Shown here: positions 11,206 to 22,087 of the stretch, piece by piece
Numbering within the stretch: the stretch's first letter is position 1
Layout of the letters: every line of letters starts with the position of its first letter
NCBI GenBank assembly: GCA_963825865.1
Contig: CAWGVG010000021.1
Span: forward strand, 32,001-96,000
Reading direction: 5' to 3'
DNA from: an uncultured Nitrososphaeraceae archaeon
GTDB lineage: Archaea; Thermoproteota; Nitrososphaeria; Nitrososphaerales; Nitrososphaeraceae
DNA: 64,000 nucleotides
Notes under the pieces: generated by a model
The model's database searches: none
Told to the model about the DNA's origin: nothing
Seen by the model: only the letters and a program-made list of their open reading frames with translations
Made by a program: the position numbers and the translations under genes

Positions 11206-11656
11206 GTGAAAGAAATGATATCCAAGATTCTTGTTGCCATGGATGGTTCAGAGTCATCGGTAAGGGCTTATGAATACGCTTCTTTTTTAGCCAAAAAATG
11301 TGATGCCACTCTACTTATTGTAAACATAAATGATACATTTGAAAGAATATCACATAATATTAAAGAATTTAGAGAAATTGCTAAGCAGATAGAAGAAGGA
11401 GGTGGAACAGCAGTAACTATACAAGTTCTTGAAGATTATCAGTCTCGTGCCAAAGATTCTGGGATAAAAAGATGTAAAAACAATAAGACGTGAAGGAAAT
11501 GCAGTCGTAGAAATATTGCTCATAGCAGATGAAGAGAAGGCGGATACTATAGTAATTGGCAGTACAGGTATGAATGCAGTTAAAGAATTTCCGCTAGGTG
11601 GTGTATCTCATAAAGTCATTCATCAGGCAAAATGCCCTGTTACTGTTGTTAGGTAA
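11206..11656 (+). CDS. Universal stress protein (one frameshift)
   Basis: KILVAMDGSESS and ADTIVIGSTG...GGVSHKVIHQAKCPVTVVR. Confidence 0.9.
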
Positions 11657-11846
11657 AAGAAGAGATGAGACCTCCAATATAGCGCAGTCAAAAAGTCTGT
11701 GAATCTTCCCATAATTGATATCAAATTATGTAGTTTATGCTTTGTTGCACGATTCAGAAATGTCGCTTTTATTAGTTGATTTCATTATATGTCATACTAG
11801 CACATATGCGAAATGGACCTATCCAGTTGGAGATTTCAGACATAAT

Positions 11847-12135
11847 TGAGACTGGGGAATAATTTGATTATGCAATTTTCAAGTTAGTTTTGTTGTTGTT
11901 GTTGATTAGTTCCTAACATGTGTTTGATTGCTTTTGGATGTTCTTTGCGAGTCTTACAATTGTAATAAACAATGATTTGATAGAGCAGTAGTCCTGATAG
12001 CAGGACTAGTCAAGCTGCTTTCTGGTACCCTCTTATTGACAAAGGATTCTACTGGAACATCTTTGATGTGTTCTATTAACGGCTCTATTGATATGCCTCT
12101 CCAAGAGTAAATTATCTGTCCTAATTCAGACTCAT
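11847..12135 (-). mobile_element. 3' remnant of a DDE IS (same family as the element at 63.1 kb) with terminal inverted repeat
   Basis: ESELGQIIYSWRGISIEPLIEHIKDV...LLYQIIVYYNCKT..HPKAIKHMLG; TGAGACTGGGGAATAATT at ~11847 resembles TGAGGCTTGGGCATAATT at 63101. Confidence 0.65.
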
Positions 12136-12288
12136 AGGGCTCATTTTTGATATCTTGCCAGAGTTCAGTTCCTAATGGAGACCCTTCAGAAATCCTTTCT
12201 GGGTTTGGCTATGACTAGATAAAATGCCATATGAATCTCTGCAACATCATTACATAAAAAGATGGTTTGCGTTAAGAGTAGATAAAAT

Positions 12289-12563
12289 ACCTCCACTATC
12301 TCCACTACCTCCACCAAAGCCAAACTCGTGCTCAAATTTAGTCCAAAAACGGTGGAGATATTCTTAGTTGCTGTATACAATATCTCCACCTTTCAACAAA
12401 TACCTCCACCTAATAGTGCAGAAAATAATGTGCCAGCCATTGACGGTGGAGATATTGCAGCCATTGGTGGACATATGCCTTTACGATACCTCCACTAAAA
12501 GAAGTAAAATCATATTCCTTTTTCAAAATAAGCAAAAGTGGAGATGGTGGAGATAGTGGACAT
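12289..12563. repeat. Second AYCTCCACY iteron array (12 units), homologous to 4465-4645
   Basis: Forward units at 12289, 12298, 12307, 12382, 12402, 12488; reverse units at 12351, 12445, 12466, 12537, 12546, 12555. Confidence 0.8.
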
Positions 12564-13121
12564 ATTTTCGGTATTGTTGTGTAGTATATAAAATAAATAA
12601 AAAATCATTCAACATATTAAAAAATTAATGTCATCAGTATATTACTTCCCTATTGAGTTCAATTTGAAATAAATTGGTAGCAGGTGATATCAGATGAAGA
12701 CAGGTGGAAACAAGGAGGGAGCAGGGGTAACAAAATTGGTAACAGGTGGTAGGAGCCCTTATCATTCTTTTTTATTGTGTATTTATTAAACAAGTTAGAT
12801 GGTATTAACAAGACAGCAAAGGGAAAGACTTGTTCTCGATCTCTACAGTCAAGGTAAAAACACGCGCGAGATAGCAGAAGAAGCCAGAATGTCATTTAGT
12901 GCTATAGGCGCCATTCTGAAAAAAGCAGAGGAAGAAAAGGAGGCACAGGGAGAGCAAGAACAAAAGCTGTCTCTAGCCTCTCAAGCTTACAAACTATTTT
13001 CAGAACCTAAAAAACTCTGGCACAAGTAGCTATTGCATTGAACCTAAGGGAGCCTGAGGTAACCAAATTTTACATGGAGTATTGTAAGCTAACTCAACTT
13101 GACAGCTTTTGTCGGATTTAT

Positions 13122-14119
13122 TGCTCTGTTGCATAATTCATTAGGATTTTAGGTTATGCAAACCGTTAGTAGGTTATTCGATTGAACATGTTATACAGAG
13201 CTGCCTTTAGGAGGATCTCTTTTACCATGTGAGGAAACTTTCTAGCTGTTACATGTTCACCAAATGTTCTTTTAATGGAAGAGAATGCTGTTTCTGCTAT
13301 CCACCTGTACCCATAGCTCACGCTACGCTTCCATTTTTTGAGGTTTGCTTGTTGTCTTACTACAGACATATTCCTAGCATAACAGTTAGTTGACTTGACC
13401 TTGGAATTACTTCTTGTCTTTATACCAGGCTTAATGTGGTTCTTTGATAGGTATCTAAAATTCTTATTGCTGTTGTACATACCATCTGCTAATATACCCT
13501 TCAGATTATTATTTTCAGAAGCATTGTCTACTAACTTCTTTAGCATCTTACCATCATGTACCTCTTCACTTGTTACCTCCAGAGATACAATTCTTTTCTT
13601 CTCGATATCAACTGCTATGTGTATCTTTAGATATCCTTTTCTGACATGCCATTTGTGGTGCATCCATTCCCCTCGATTAGCTACCTTAATGCCGGTGCTG
13701 TCTAAAGCAATGACAATATCATTTCCTAATTTTTCATCGATTTTAATCTCTAGCCTGTTTATACGTCTATTAATGGTACTATAATGTGGTGTGTTTGATA
13801 CTTCTTTACTTGCATGAGCTATGACTACACCCTGTGTTTGTCTATATGGTAGATGGAAATATGCTCTCATGTAACCTAGAAGCTGAATAAATGAATTTGG
13901 GTAGCAGTAGGGCTCACCAACCTTACCAAGGTTCATTTGACATAATTCATGATCCCATCCATCAAGTACATCAAAATCCAAGAGTACTTGACCACGCCTA
14001 ACTAGTGATTCATTATAGCAAGGCCAGTCAACCATACCAGAATAATTAATACTAGCAAGCTAAATGGTGAGTGGTCAAATAAGTATCACTTACAAGATAA
14101 TTAATCATGCAACAAAGCA
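13122..14119 (-). mobile_element. IS5-family (IS903-like) insertion sequence, copy 1
   Basis: TIRs TGCTCTGTTGCAT / ATGCAACAAAGCA; 8-bp TSD GGATTTAT at 13114-13121 and 14120-14127. Confidence 0.95.
13166..14035 (-). CDS. IS5-family DDE transposase
   Basis: DWPCYNESLVRRG, ALDSTG, KIHIAVD, LADG.Y, RWIAETAFSSIKR. Confidence 0.95.
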   Translation of the reverse strand: MVDWPCYNESLVRRGQVLLDFDVLDGWDHELCQMNLGKVGEPYCYPNSFIQLLGYMRAYFHLPYRQTQGVVIAHASKEVSNTPHYSTINRRINRLEIKIDEKLGNDIVIALDSTGIKVANRGEWMHHKWHVRKGYLKIHIAVDIEKKRIVSLEVTSEEVHDGKMLKKLVDNASENNNLKGILADGMYNSNKNFRYLSKNHIKPGIKTRSNSKVKSTNCYARNMSVVRQQANLKKWKRSVSYGYRWIAETAFSSIKRTFGEHVTARKFPHMVKEILLKAALYNMFNRITY

Positions 14120-15504
14120 GGATTTATGATCAAATTAAGGATGACATTTACCCTTTTGTGAATTTGTACATTTTGTCTAAGGTGGCACGTATAGATACAC
14201 AACAGGTGGTCAGACTTCTTACAATCGCTAATAATGATCTACCATCAGTACAATGGAGATGTGAAAAACTCAAAAGAGAAGAAGCGTCTCTAAAAGCTGG
14301 TAATCAGAATTCTGCTATGATTTTGCAGGAATTAAGCGACCAGATATCAGATTTACGAAATACATCAGACTCCTGTCGTTTATCATTAGAAGAAGAAAAA
14401 AGACAAATGGCTGAGCTGCGCCAACAAAAGATGAACCAAGAAGCACTTGTAAATGACTTTCAAAACGGTAATGAAGAATTTATCAAAATCATAAAAACTG
14501 TTGAAGAAAAAGTGGTTAGTATTTTGTCAAATGCAAAAGTGCTTCTAAGATGTGCACTTTTGTCTATAACTGAATCAATAACAAATAACCCAGAAAGATT
14601 TAGGTTGATTTTTTACAATATGCCTTCAATAATAGATTGTTACGACAGTAATGGCCAGGATTACGCTACATCCTATATGTATGGAGGACAAATACGACAA
14701 TCACAACAGTACCCATCACCGAATTATAATACTGAAGCTAATGTAGCTATGATAGTAGGTGAAGCTGAAAAACTTTACAATAAGATAGTAAAAGATTGTA
14801 TAAGCAAAGTTGTTGCTGATTATGCTGTTAACAAATCATCATTACCATTGTTACCACCACCCAATGAAGAACAAAAGTCACCTAACATCAACTAGAAGAA
14901 CACACATTCATTCGATACCAAATGAGGACGAAGTTAATTAAAGAGTGATAATAGCGTCATTTTTATTATTGGTCTGATTAATCCCCAACTATGCAAATAT
15001 GAAAAACGTGCAAAGATGTTTAATTACAAATATATAGGTAAGGTGATTGGTAAAAGAGAGAACAAGCCTTTTCTCCCCAGATTTCTTACAGAAAAAGCTA
15101 TCAGAACAGCCTTGCAGAATCTGTACGTATCCTTTGTGAAATGTACATAAATAATAAATGAAAATGCCAGAACATTGCTTGAAAAAGACTTAAGTAATAT
15201 TAGCATGTATCTTGCAAAAGGAAACGAGCGTGTAAGGGCGTCTTTCATAGCCGCAGTCTCATGGTTAGCTCTTGGTAGCAAATTTGCCTTGGCATATGAG
15301 ATCTTCGCTGAACAGATTCTCGAATCGGCTCGTTGCGCTGCTCGCTTCATCATGAGTATTAGGAGATTTTCCTCTCCTACGGCTACACTTGATGGAATTA
15401 TCTTCGCAAGATCTGATCCATACTACATGTATATATATTTGTCAAGTTGCTAAATGTCTCGATAGGTAATATTTTTCATGTCGTTATAGCAGATACATTA
15501 CAAC

Positions 15505-16911
15505 ATGCTAAATTCAGAAGAGAGCACGAATTCATCCTCATTGTCACCTACGTCTACATCACCACCTTCACGACCACCAATAATCTCAGCAATTTCCTCA
15601 TTAAAATTTCCATTTAAGCTTACAAAGGATCAGCTTGAAGCGGTTGATGCATGGATAACAAATGGCTATAGAGGTTCGATAATATACAGTACTGGCACGG
15701 GCAAAACAGAAATAGCATTTGAATGCGCAAAAAGAGCGTGTGAAGCAATAGAACATAAAGAAGATAATAAATCGTCATTTAATATCCTCTTTCTTGTACC
15801 ACGAATTGTACTATTACAGCAGAATATAGACAGGCTAATAAGATATGGTATTGCTCAAGAGAGAATAGGAACATATTTCGGAGAGCGCAAGGAAGTACGA
15901 GAAATAACGATAAGCACGTACCAGAGTGTAATTAGCAATCTTGATCTTTTTAATAATTCTAACATGGTCATATTTGATGAAGTGCATTTAGTAAGTGACA
16001 CTGCTACAACTTTGAGAAAGGTGTTTGATTTTGTAACTGCTGCTGATCCTAAAAAACCATTATTAGGTCTAACCGCAACAATAGATGAACAAGATCCTAG
16101 ATACAACACAATACTGTCATTGCTGCCGCCAGTCAAAAAATATATGATAAGAGATGCTGTGAAAGATAAGCGATTAGCAAGGCCTGTTGTTATTCCAATA
16201 AAAGTTAATCTAACACATAATGAACAAAAGATCTATAATGAATGCTCTACTAAAATCAGAAACATCTCCGGCTATCTTAATACCTCTGACCCCAAATCAA
16301 TATCTTCTCTATTAAGGAGAGGAGGAGGACGAACAGCTGGACTAGCGAGAGCATGGTTTGCAAATGTTAAAGAGAGAAAGAATTTAATTAACTGTGCCAA
16401 AAATAAACTGTCAGCAGCAGTAGATATCATAGCAACAAAACATCGTTCTGAAAGGATTATGGTGTTTAGTGAAACTATAGAATCAATCCAAAAATTAAAG
16501 GAAATGTTACAAAGTAAAGGAATAGAATCCATGCTAATTGATAGCAAACTAAAATCAAAGGAAAGACAAAAAATACTATCAGCATGGGGAAAAGAATTTT
16601 TTCCATTACTTTCAGTACATACGCTAGAAATAGGATATGACGTACCTGAAGTTAGAGTGGGAATAATATTAGCAACGACATCTAATATGAACCAAATAGT
16701 ACAAAGAATAGGTAGAACAATAAGAAAGACTGAAGCGAAAGATACAGCATTGATATACACTATATATCTATCAGAGACTCGTGATGCCAGCACTCTGAAG
16801 ATGGTAAGACAAGCAACAGATGTAGGAGTCGAAAATAAGGATAAGAAAAAGCCAAGAGACAACAGAAGCTTATCCTCTAATAACGATAATCTGGATAGAT
16901 ATATCATTTAA
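15505..16911 (+). CDS. xpb: XPB/Rad25-like superfamily 2 helicase
   Basis: Q motif, TGTGKT, FDEVH, GLTAT, GYDVP, QRIGR. Confidence 0.85.
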   Translation: MLNSEESTNSSSLSPTSTSPPSRPPIISAISSLKFPFKLTKDQLEAVDAWITNGYRGSIIYSTGTGKTEIAFECAKRACEAIEHKEDNKSSFNILFLVPRIVLLQQNIDRLIRYGIAQERIGTYFGERKEVREITISTYQSVISNLDLFNNSNMVIFDEVHLVSDTATTLRKVFDFVTAADPKKPLLGLTATIDEQDPRYNTILSLLPPVKKYMIRDAVKDKRLARPVVIPIKVNLTHNEQKIYNECSTKIRNISGYLNTSDPKSISSLLRRGGGRTAGLARAWFANVKERKNLINCAKNKLSAAVDIIATKHRSERIMVFSETIESIQKLKEMLQSKGIESMLIDSKLKSKERQKILSAWGKEFFPLLSVHTLEIGYDVPEVRVGIILATTSNMNQIVQRIGRTIRKTEAKDTALIYTIYLSETRDASTLKMVRQATDVGVENKDKKKPRDNRSLSSNNDNLDRYII

Positions 16912-17174
16912 TTAGTTACATTGATATGGCTTCCATGTATACGAGAAACTATAGGCATATGATGTGATATGATGATATCCATATTACTGATCCTTGTGCT
17001 GATACTGGGTGGGCTTGGAGGAATAGCAGGCCATAGCAGATCTGGTATTACAGATGGTGGCATGGGTTACAACGTGACACGCAGCACTTATTGTATGTAA
17101 GATGGTTAATCTTATCATTGATACAGCAGTATCATTTATTGATTAAATATAGTATTGATAGCAAGTTATTTTTC

Positions 17175-18170
17175 TCAACAGTCTATTGCTGCTAATAGTT
17201 TATTTTCAGCACAATTGATCAAATTCTTTCTATTTTTAACATTTGCAAACCATGCTCTAACTAATCCAGCTGTATGTCCTCCTTTTCTTAATAGAGAAGA
17301 TAGTGATTTGGGATCAGAGGTATTAAGGAATTCAGAAATGTTTCTGATTTTAGCAGAGCATTCATCATAGATTTTTTTCTCATTATGTGTCAGATTAACT
17401 TTTATTGGAATAACAACAGGCTGTGCTAATCTTTTATCTTTCACAGCATCTTTTATCATATATTTTTTGACTGGCGGCAGCAATGACAGTATTGTATTGT
17501 ATTTAGGATCTTGTTCATCTATTGTTGCGGTTAGGCCTAATAATAATGGCTTCTTTTGGCGATGCGTTGTTGCTGCTATTACAGCATCAAATATTTTTCT
17601 CAAAGTTGTAGCGGTATCGCTTATTAAATGTACCTCGTCGAATACTATCATGTTAGAATGATAAATGAGATTAAGGTCGTTAATTACACTCTGGTACGTG
17701 CTTATTGTTATTTCACGCATTTCTTTGCGCTCTCCAAAATATGCTCCTATACGATATTGGGAAATGCCATATTTTATTAGCCTGTTAATATTCTGCTCTA
17801 CTAGAATAATGCGCGGTACTAGAAAGAGTATATTGAAAGAGTTGTTGTTGATGGCATCATCATTACTATTATGATGGAATAAAATATTATTGTCTTTTGG
17901 ATGTACTATTGCTTCAGCCGACGCTCTTTTTGCACATTCAAATGCTATTTCTGTTTTGCCCGTGCCAGTACTATATATTATCGAACCTTTATAGCCATTT
18001 GATACCCAGGCATCAACCGCTTCAAGCTGATCCTTTGTAAGTTTAAATGGAAATTTAAGTGAGGAAATAGCTGATGATGAGGATGATACTATTGACGTAG
18101 ATTCTTCTGGTGCTGATGGTGTCGCTGATTTTTCTGCAGTTGTTTTTGAATTCAGCATATTGTAATACAC
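17175..18170 (-). pseudogene. Truncated second copy of the XPB-like helicase
   Basis: Highly similar to 15505-16911 up to KNKL.AA; lacks the C-terminal RecA domain (motifs IV-VI). Confidence 0.8.
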
Positions 18171-18574
18171 TAAACACCATAGACATGTCCAATTGAAAAA
18201 TGTTGTCTATAAAAATACATAATCTCTAACAATTACACAATCATTCAATGCATTCGCTTAACTATGTAATTTTTTCAATAACTTTGCGTTTAATGGAGAC
18301 TAGACGCTATTGTATATATTCTAAGCCCCGATATTTAGAGTTTCTTTATCAATTCGTCTTTCTTTAGGCGGTCGTTCTTCTATGAGAGCACTCTTTTCAA
18401 TATGCCTAAATGTATTAGTAGCAATTAACTCAACTCTGACAACTTGTCCATTAACTAAAGTCTATGTTTTCTGAAAATACAACTATTGCTAAATATCAAA
18501 GGTTCTTACATATTAGTATATTTGTAATTAAACATCTTTGCACGTTTTTCATATTTGCATTACATAGTTGTTGA

Positions 18575-18778
18575 TTAATCAGACACTTTCTTGTTGTTAT
18601 CATTATTCTTCTTCTTTGCAATTTTTTTAATAGTACCAAATAGCAAAGTGTAGCCACATTTAACACATTCTTCGGAACTGCAGAACTGCCCGTTATGAAT
18701 GGATGTTTTCTTGAAAAGTTCGCCACCACATTCCAAGCAAAAATGCTGCAAATTCTGGTTAAGCATGAGGTTTGTCAA
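18575..18778 (-). CDS. Small zinc-ribbon protein
   Basis: CLECGG...ECVKCG. Confidence 0.55.
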   Translation of the reverse strand: MTNLMLNQNLQHFCLECGGELFKKTSIHNGQFCSSEECVKCGYTLLFGTIKKIAKKKNNDNNKKVSD

Positions 18779-19131
18779 TAGTGTATAGTACCTAATAAAT
18801 CACCTAACTGAATCATTATCTTAAATCATTGATATGTCTCAAATATACGTTTTAGTAATAAAAACAAAGATCAGATACTATTTAACTGAATTCCTTGTTT
18901 TGTCTCTTTCTTACTTTATTTCCGAAAAAAATTGTTGACTTTTTTCGTACAAAGCAAAAATAGGATGCAATATCATGAGATAAAAATAAGCTAATGCAGA
19001 ATTCCGTTAATTGGATGTCTGTGAATACTCTTTATGGGCTTTAATCGGACTCAATGGGCATTAGCAAATATCATCATTCAAATGAATTTATTATATATAT
19101 ACATATATAGACAATCAAGGTATTTTCTACC

Positions 19132-19398
19132 TTAGAGTTTCGAGAATTTCATATCAAGTCCACGTTTATCTCCAATTGATACTGTATATCGCCCATCTTT
19201 AGCTAAATGCATTAGAGAAACGCTTTTGTCCTTACACATTGGACATATATGAATGGTAGTTTTCTTATCCTCAACAACATATTCGTGTTCTTTTATTGAA
19301 TTATGAAAAATAGTTGCACACCAAAAACATGATTCATAAAGGGCAAATTCGTGTTGACATTCCTGTAATGGTCTTACGTTGACGTTCACTGAATACAT
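19132..19398 (-). CDS. Small putative zinc-binding protein
   Basis: ESCFWCAT...CPMC. Confidence 0.6.
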   Translation of the reverse strand: MYSVNVNVRPLQECQHEFALYESCFWCATIFHNSIKEHEYVVEDKKTTIHICPMCKDKSVSLMHLAKDGRYTVSIGDKRGLDMKFSKL

Positions 19399-19746
19399 AC
19401 GGCACGTTCATTCTACTTCTATTAAACAATTTGCAAAATCTACAGTGATATCTAAAAGATTAATAGTCCTAATGGGGTGATTTATATGTGTAACTTTTTT
19501 GCAAATTCAAGGCTGCGGGTAAACTATCAAGACTTTGATTGTTATCTTACTAATAACAAATAACTTTTAGAACGAGGTATAGTAATTTCTCTAAATTGTG
19601 GAGGACAATTAGATTGAATTTAAAAAAATAAAAGTCATTTAGAGGTCATGAAGCAGCAGCTCATGATATCTAATTAGTCATTATTGTTGTTATTACTAGT
19701 ACTATTAACTTCTGTGACGCATTATTTATGTTGCATCAGTAGCATC

Positions 19747-20025
19747 CTAACCAGTTTTATTGGTCATATTACCTGTTGCATTGATAATATTTTTGGTTGC
19801 TGTATTTGTTGCAGTAGTATTTTTAGCGGCATTAAGGACAGCAGTTATACCAGTTTGACTTGCTGCTTTGCTTGTTGTATTTGTTGTATTAGTTTTATCG
19901 GCCCCTTGTGCTAGCGCTTTTTGCGTTAATTGGTCACCAGAGATCAATAGCGATGCTACAAGTATGGCTGAAATGGCAATTCCAGATAGGCAGCAATACA
20001 CAATTTGTCTGTTGTTTTCTATTCA
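19747..20025 (-). CDS. Secreted low-complexity Thr/Asn/Ala-rich protein (3' end frameshifted)
   Basis: Hydrophobic signal-like N-terminus ending ALAQ; several N-x-T sequons. Confidence 0.55.
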
Positions 20026-20553
20026 TTATAGAAAAGACTTCATATGAAATTTATTAATTTTTCTAATGTCTATTCTAACACTACATTCGGTCTTGCATAT
20101 TCAGAATTATCATATCACATATAGAATATAACAAATAATACAGATATAAATATAGATATATATTCAGATATTACATGATAAGAACCAGTCAATGTATTTG
20201 GTTGATAAAGTTCTCCAAATTGTTGCCGACAATATGATAAATTTCGTTATTGTTTCGATACATATTCAATCTAGATTTTCACCAGGGTTCCTTACATTGA
20301 CATTGAGGGTAAAATCTTAAATTTCAGAAGTTATTGGATAAAGAAATCAAATTTTATTTTGCTGATAAAATATTGGCTACTAAGGATTATTTTGTTAGTA
20401 TTTGAATAAGTGACATAATTGAATGCAATTCTATTTAACATTAGATCGTAAAACAAGACAATAATTTATAAATAAAAAATAAATATGGATGGGACGTCTG
20501 TTTGGTTTTCTGTTGTTATTATCCTATGCACTTATTATGCAAATGAGTATTTG

Positions 20554-21373
20554 TTATGTTCCCTTGCACATTCCACTAGGAGTAGCAGTTTGACAATTGT
20601 TGCCTGAGAAGTCATTGTGATTAATGTTTGTAGGCAATCCGTTAGCATTGTTGATGTCTTGAACATTTTTCAGCGCTGTGTTGGAGTTTATGGAGTTATC
20701 GTGGCTCTGGGGATCTATAAATATACCATTGGTCGCTCCTTGTATGATATTCTGTAGCTATATTAGATCCGAAACTATTTACCAGTGCAGCTCCAGCCAA
20801 TGCGTTACCGGTTAGCAGGTTAGACTCTACATCAATACCACTGGCAGAATGAGCTGCTATTGCAATTGTATTTCTCTTCATTATATTTTCTGAAAGTGTT
20901 GTATCACGGGTACCAGTCATAAACATCGCAATTTGGTTGTCCTCAGCGATTAGTGTTGATACTTTTACGTGGTGAGCTCCAGTCATCAAAACTCCAGCTT
21001 GGAAGTTCCTTAAGGCTCCCGGTCCCACTATTTCCACATCGTCTGTAGCAGGTATCATTATCCCTACTTTTGAACTGTCTTTTCCAGGGCCACCTATAGA
21101 ATAACCATTTAGGTTTATCCTTGTATGGTCAGCACCTACAATTAACCCATCTCCTCCACAGTTGAGGTTGGATGTTAACGTGACATTTCCTGCCACAACC
21201 TGTCCGCATGCGGGGTTTGTGGTTGTGGGTGTTGTGGTCGTAGGATCTGTGGAAGCAGTATTTGTGAATTGTTGTGGTACAGCCATTACAAGCGTGGGTT
21301 GCATTGTTAATGCACCTAGTGCAGCGAATGAGACTATCGTCGCTACCATGTATGACATTCTAGTTCGATTCAT
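20554..21373 (-). CDS. Secreted right-handed parallel beta-helix (NosD/pectin-lyase-like) protein (one frameshift)
   Basis: Signal peptide, Thr-rich linker, CGQVV..LTSNLNC..GL, INLNGY, N..G repeats, C-terminal NNCQ...GMC. Confidence 0.8.
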
Positions 21374-22087
21374 TCAGAGAACGCTCGGAGATAAACTATT
21401 TATGTGAAACCCTATTTTGTACTAAACTTCATCTTTGTGTCTATTAGATATAACTATGTATTTGCATTGTTGCGCTTAACTATGTATTAGTATAAGTAAC
21501 ACATCTACTAAAAACTGTATTCAGCTTTATCTCTTATAACTAATTATACGTTACTATTAGCATATAATTCCGAATGATAAGCATTATTATCAACAAACAT
21601 TAACTATAATGATAATTGCCATTTAGATATATGTGTGTGTACAATAGCATTATCGGAAAAAATCACTTCAGTTATAACAAATGGGGAATTAGTTTAATCC
21701 ATGACTTTAGTTCTGATGGTTTTTCAATAATTTCGAATAAGTATCCACTACAAGCATAAATTAAAGTACTGAAATAGTATAAAGAATCCTTATGCAATCA
21801 TGATTCTTAATTTGTCCATTTAATGCTACTATTTTTAACGTGTGTGCCAATTCAAGAATCATGACCATTGTGTTAATTAAATAGGTAACAATTAAATCAT
21901 AAAGATCATTGATAATATTATAAACACAAAGCATTCAACCATTTATAGATTAAGACACAACAGTTTTTAAATGTCAATTAATGAAGTTTTCCATCTCAAC
22001 TATAAAAAGTAAAATCCCAATATTGATAGATAGGTCAGCAAAAAAGACATTTGATTATAATGCCAAGCATTTTATTATCTAAATTTT

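Larger units (their letters stand above)
12799..14895 (+). pseudogene. N-terminal HTH plus coiled-coil protein, interrupted by IS5
   Basis: LYSQGKNTREIAEEARMSFSAIGAILKK HTH; coding resumes after the IS target duplication (RIYDQIKDDI...). Confidence 0.75.

Noticed and set aside
12186-12556. ORFs across the second iteron array
   Set aside because: Products are by-products of the repeat, with no family resemblance
15024-15453. Overlapping opposite-strand ORFs upstream of xpb
   Set aside because: No recognisable motif; cannot decide which strand, if either, is coding
16272-16907. Long antisense ORFs (here and opposite thermosome, DP2, transposases)
   Set aside because: Shadow frames of well-supported genes on the other strand
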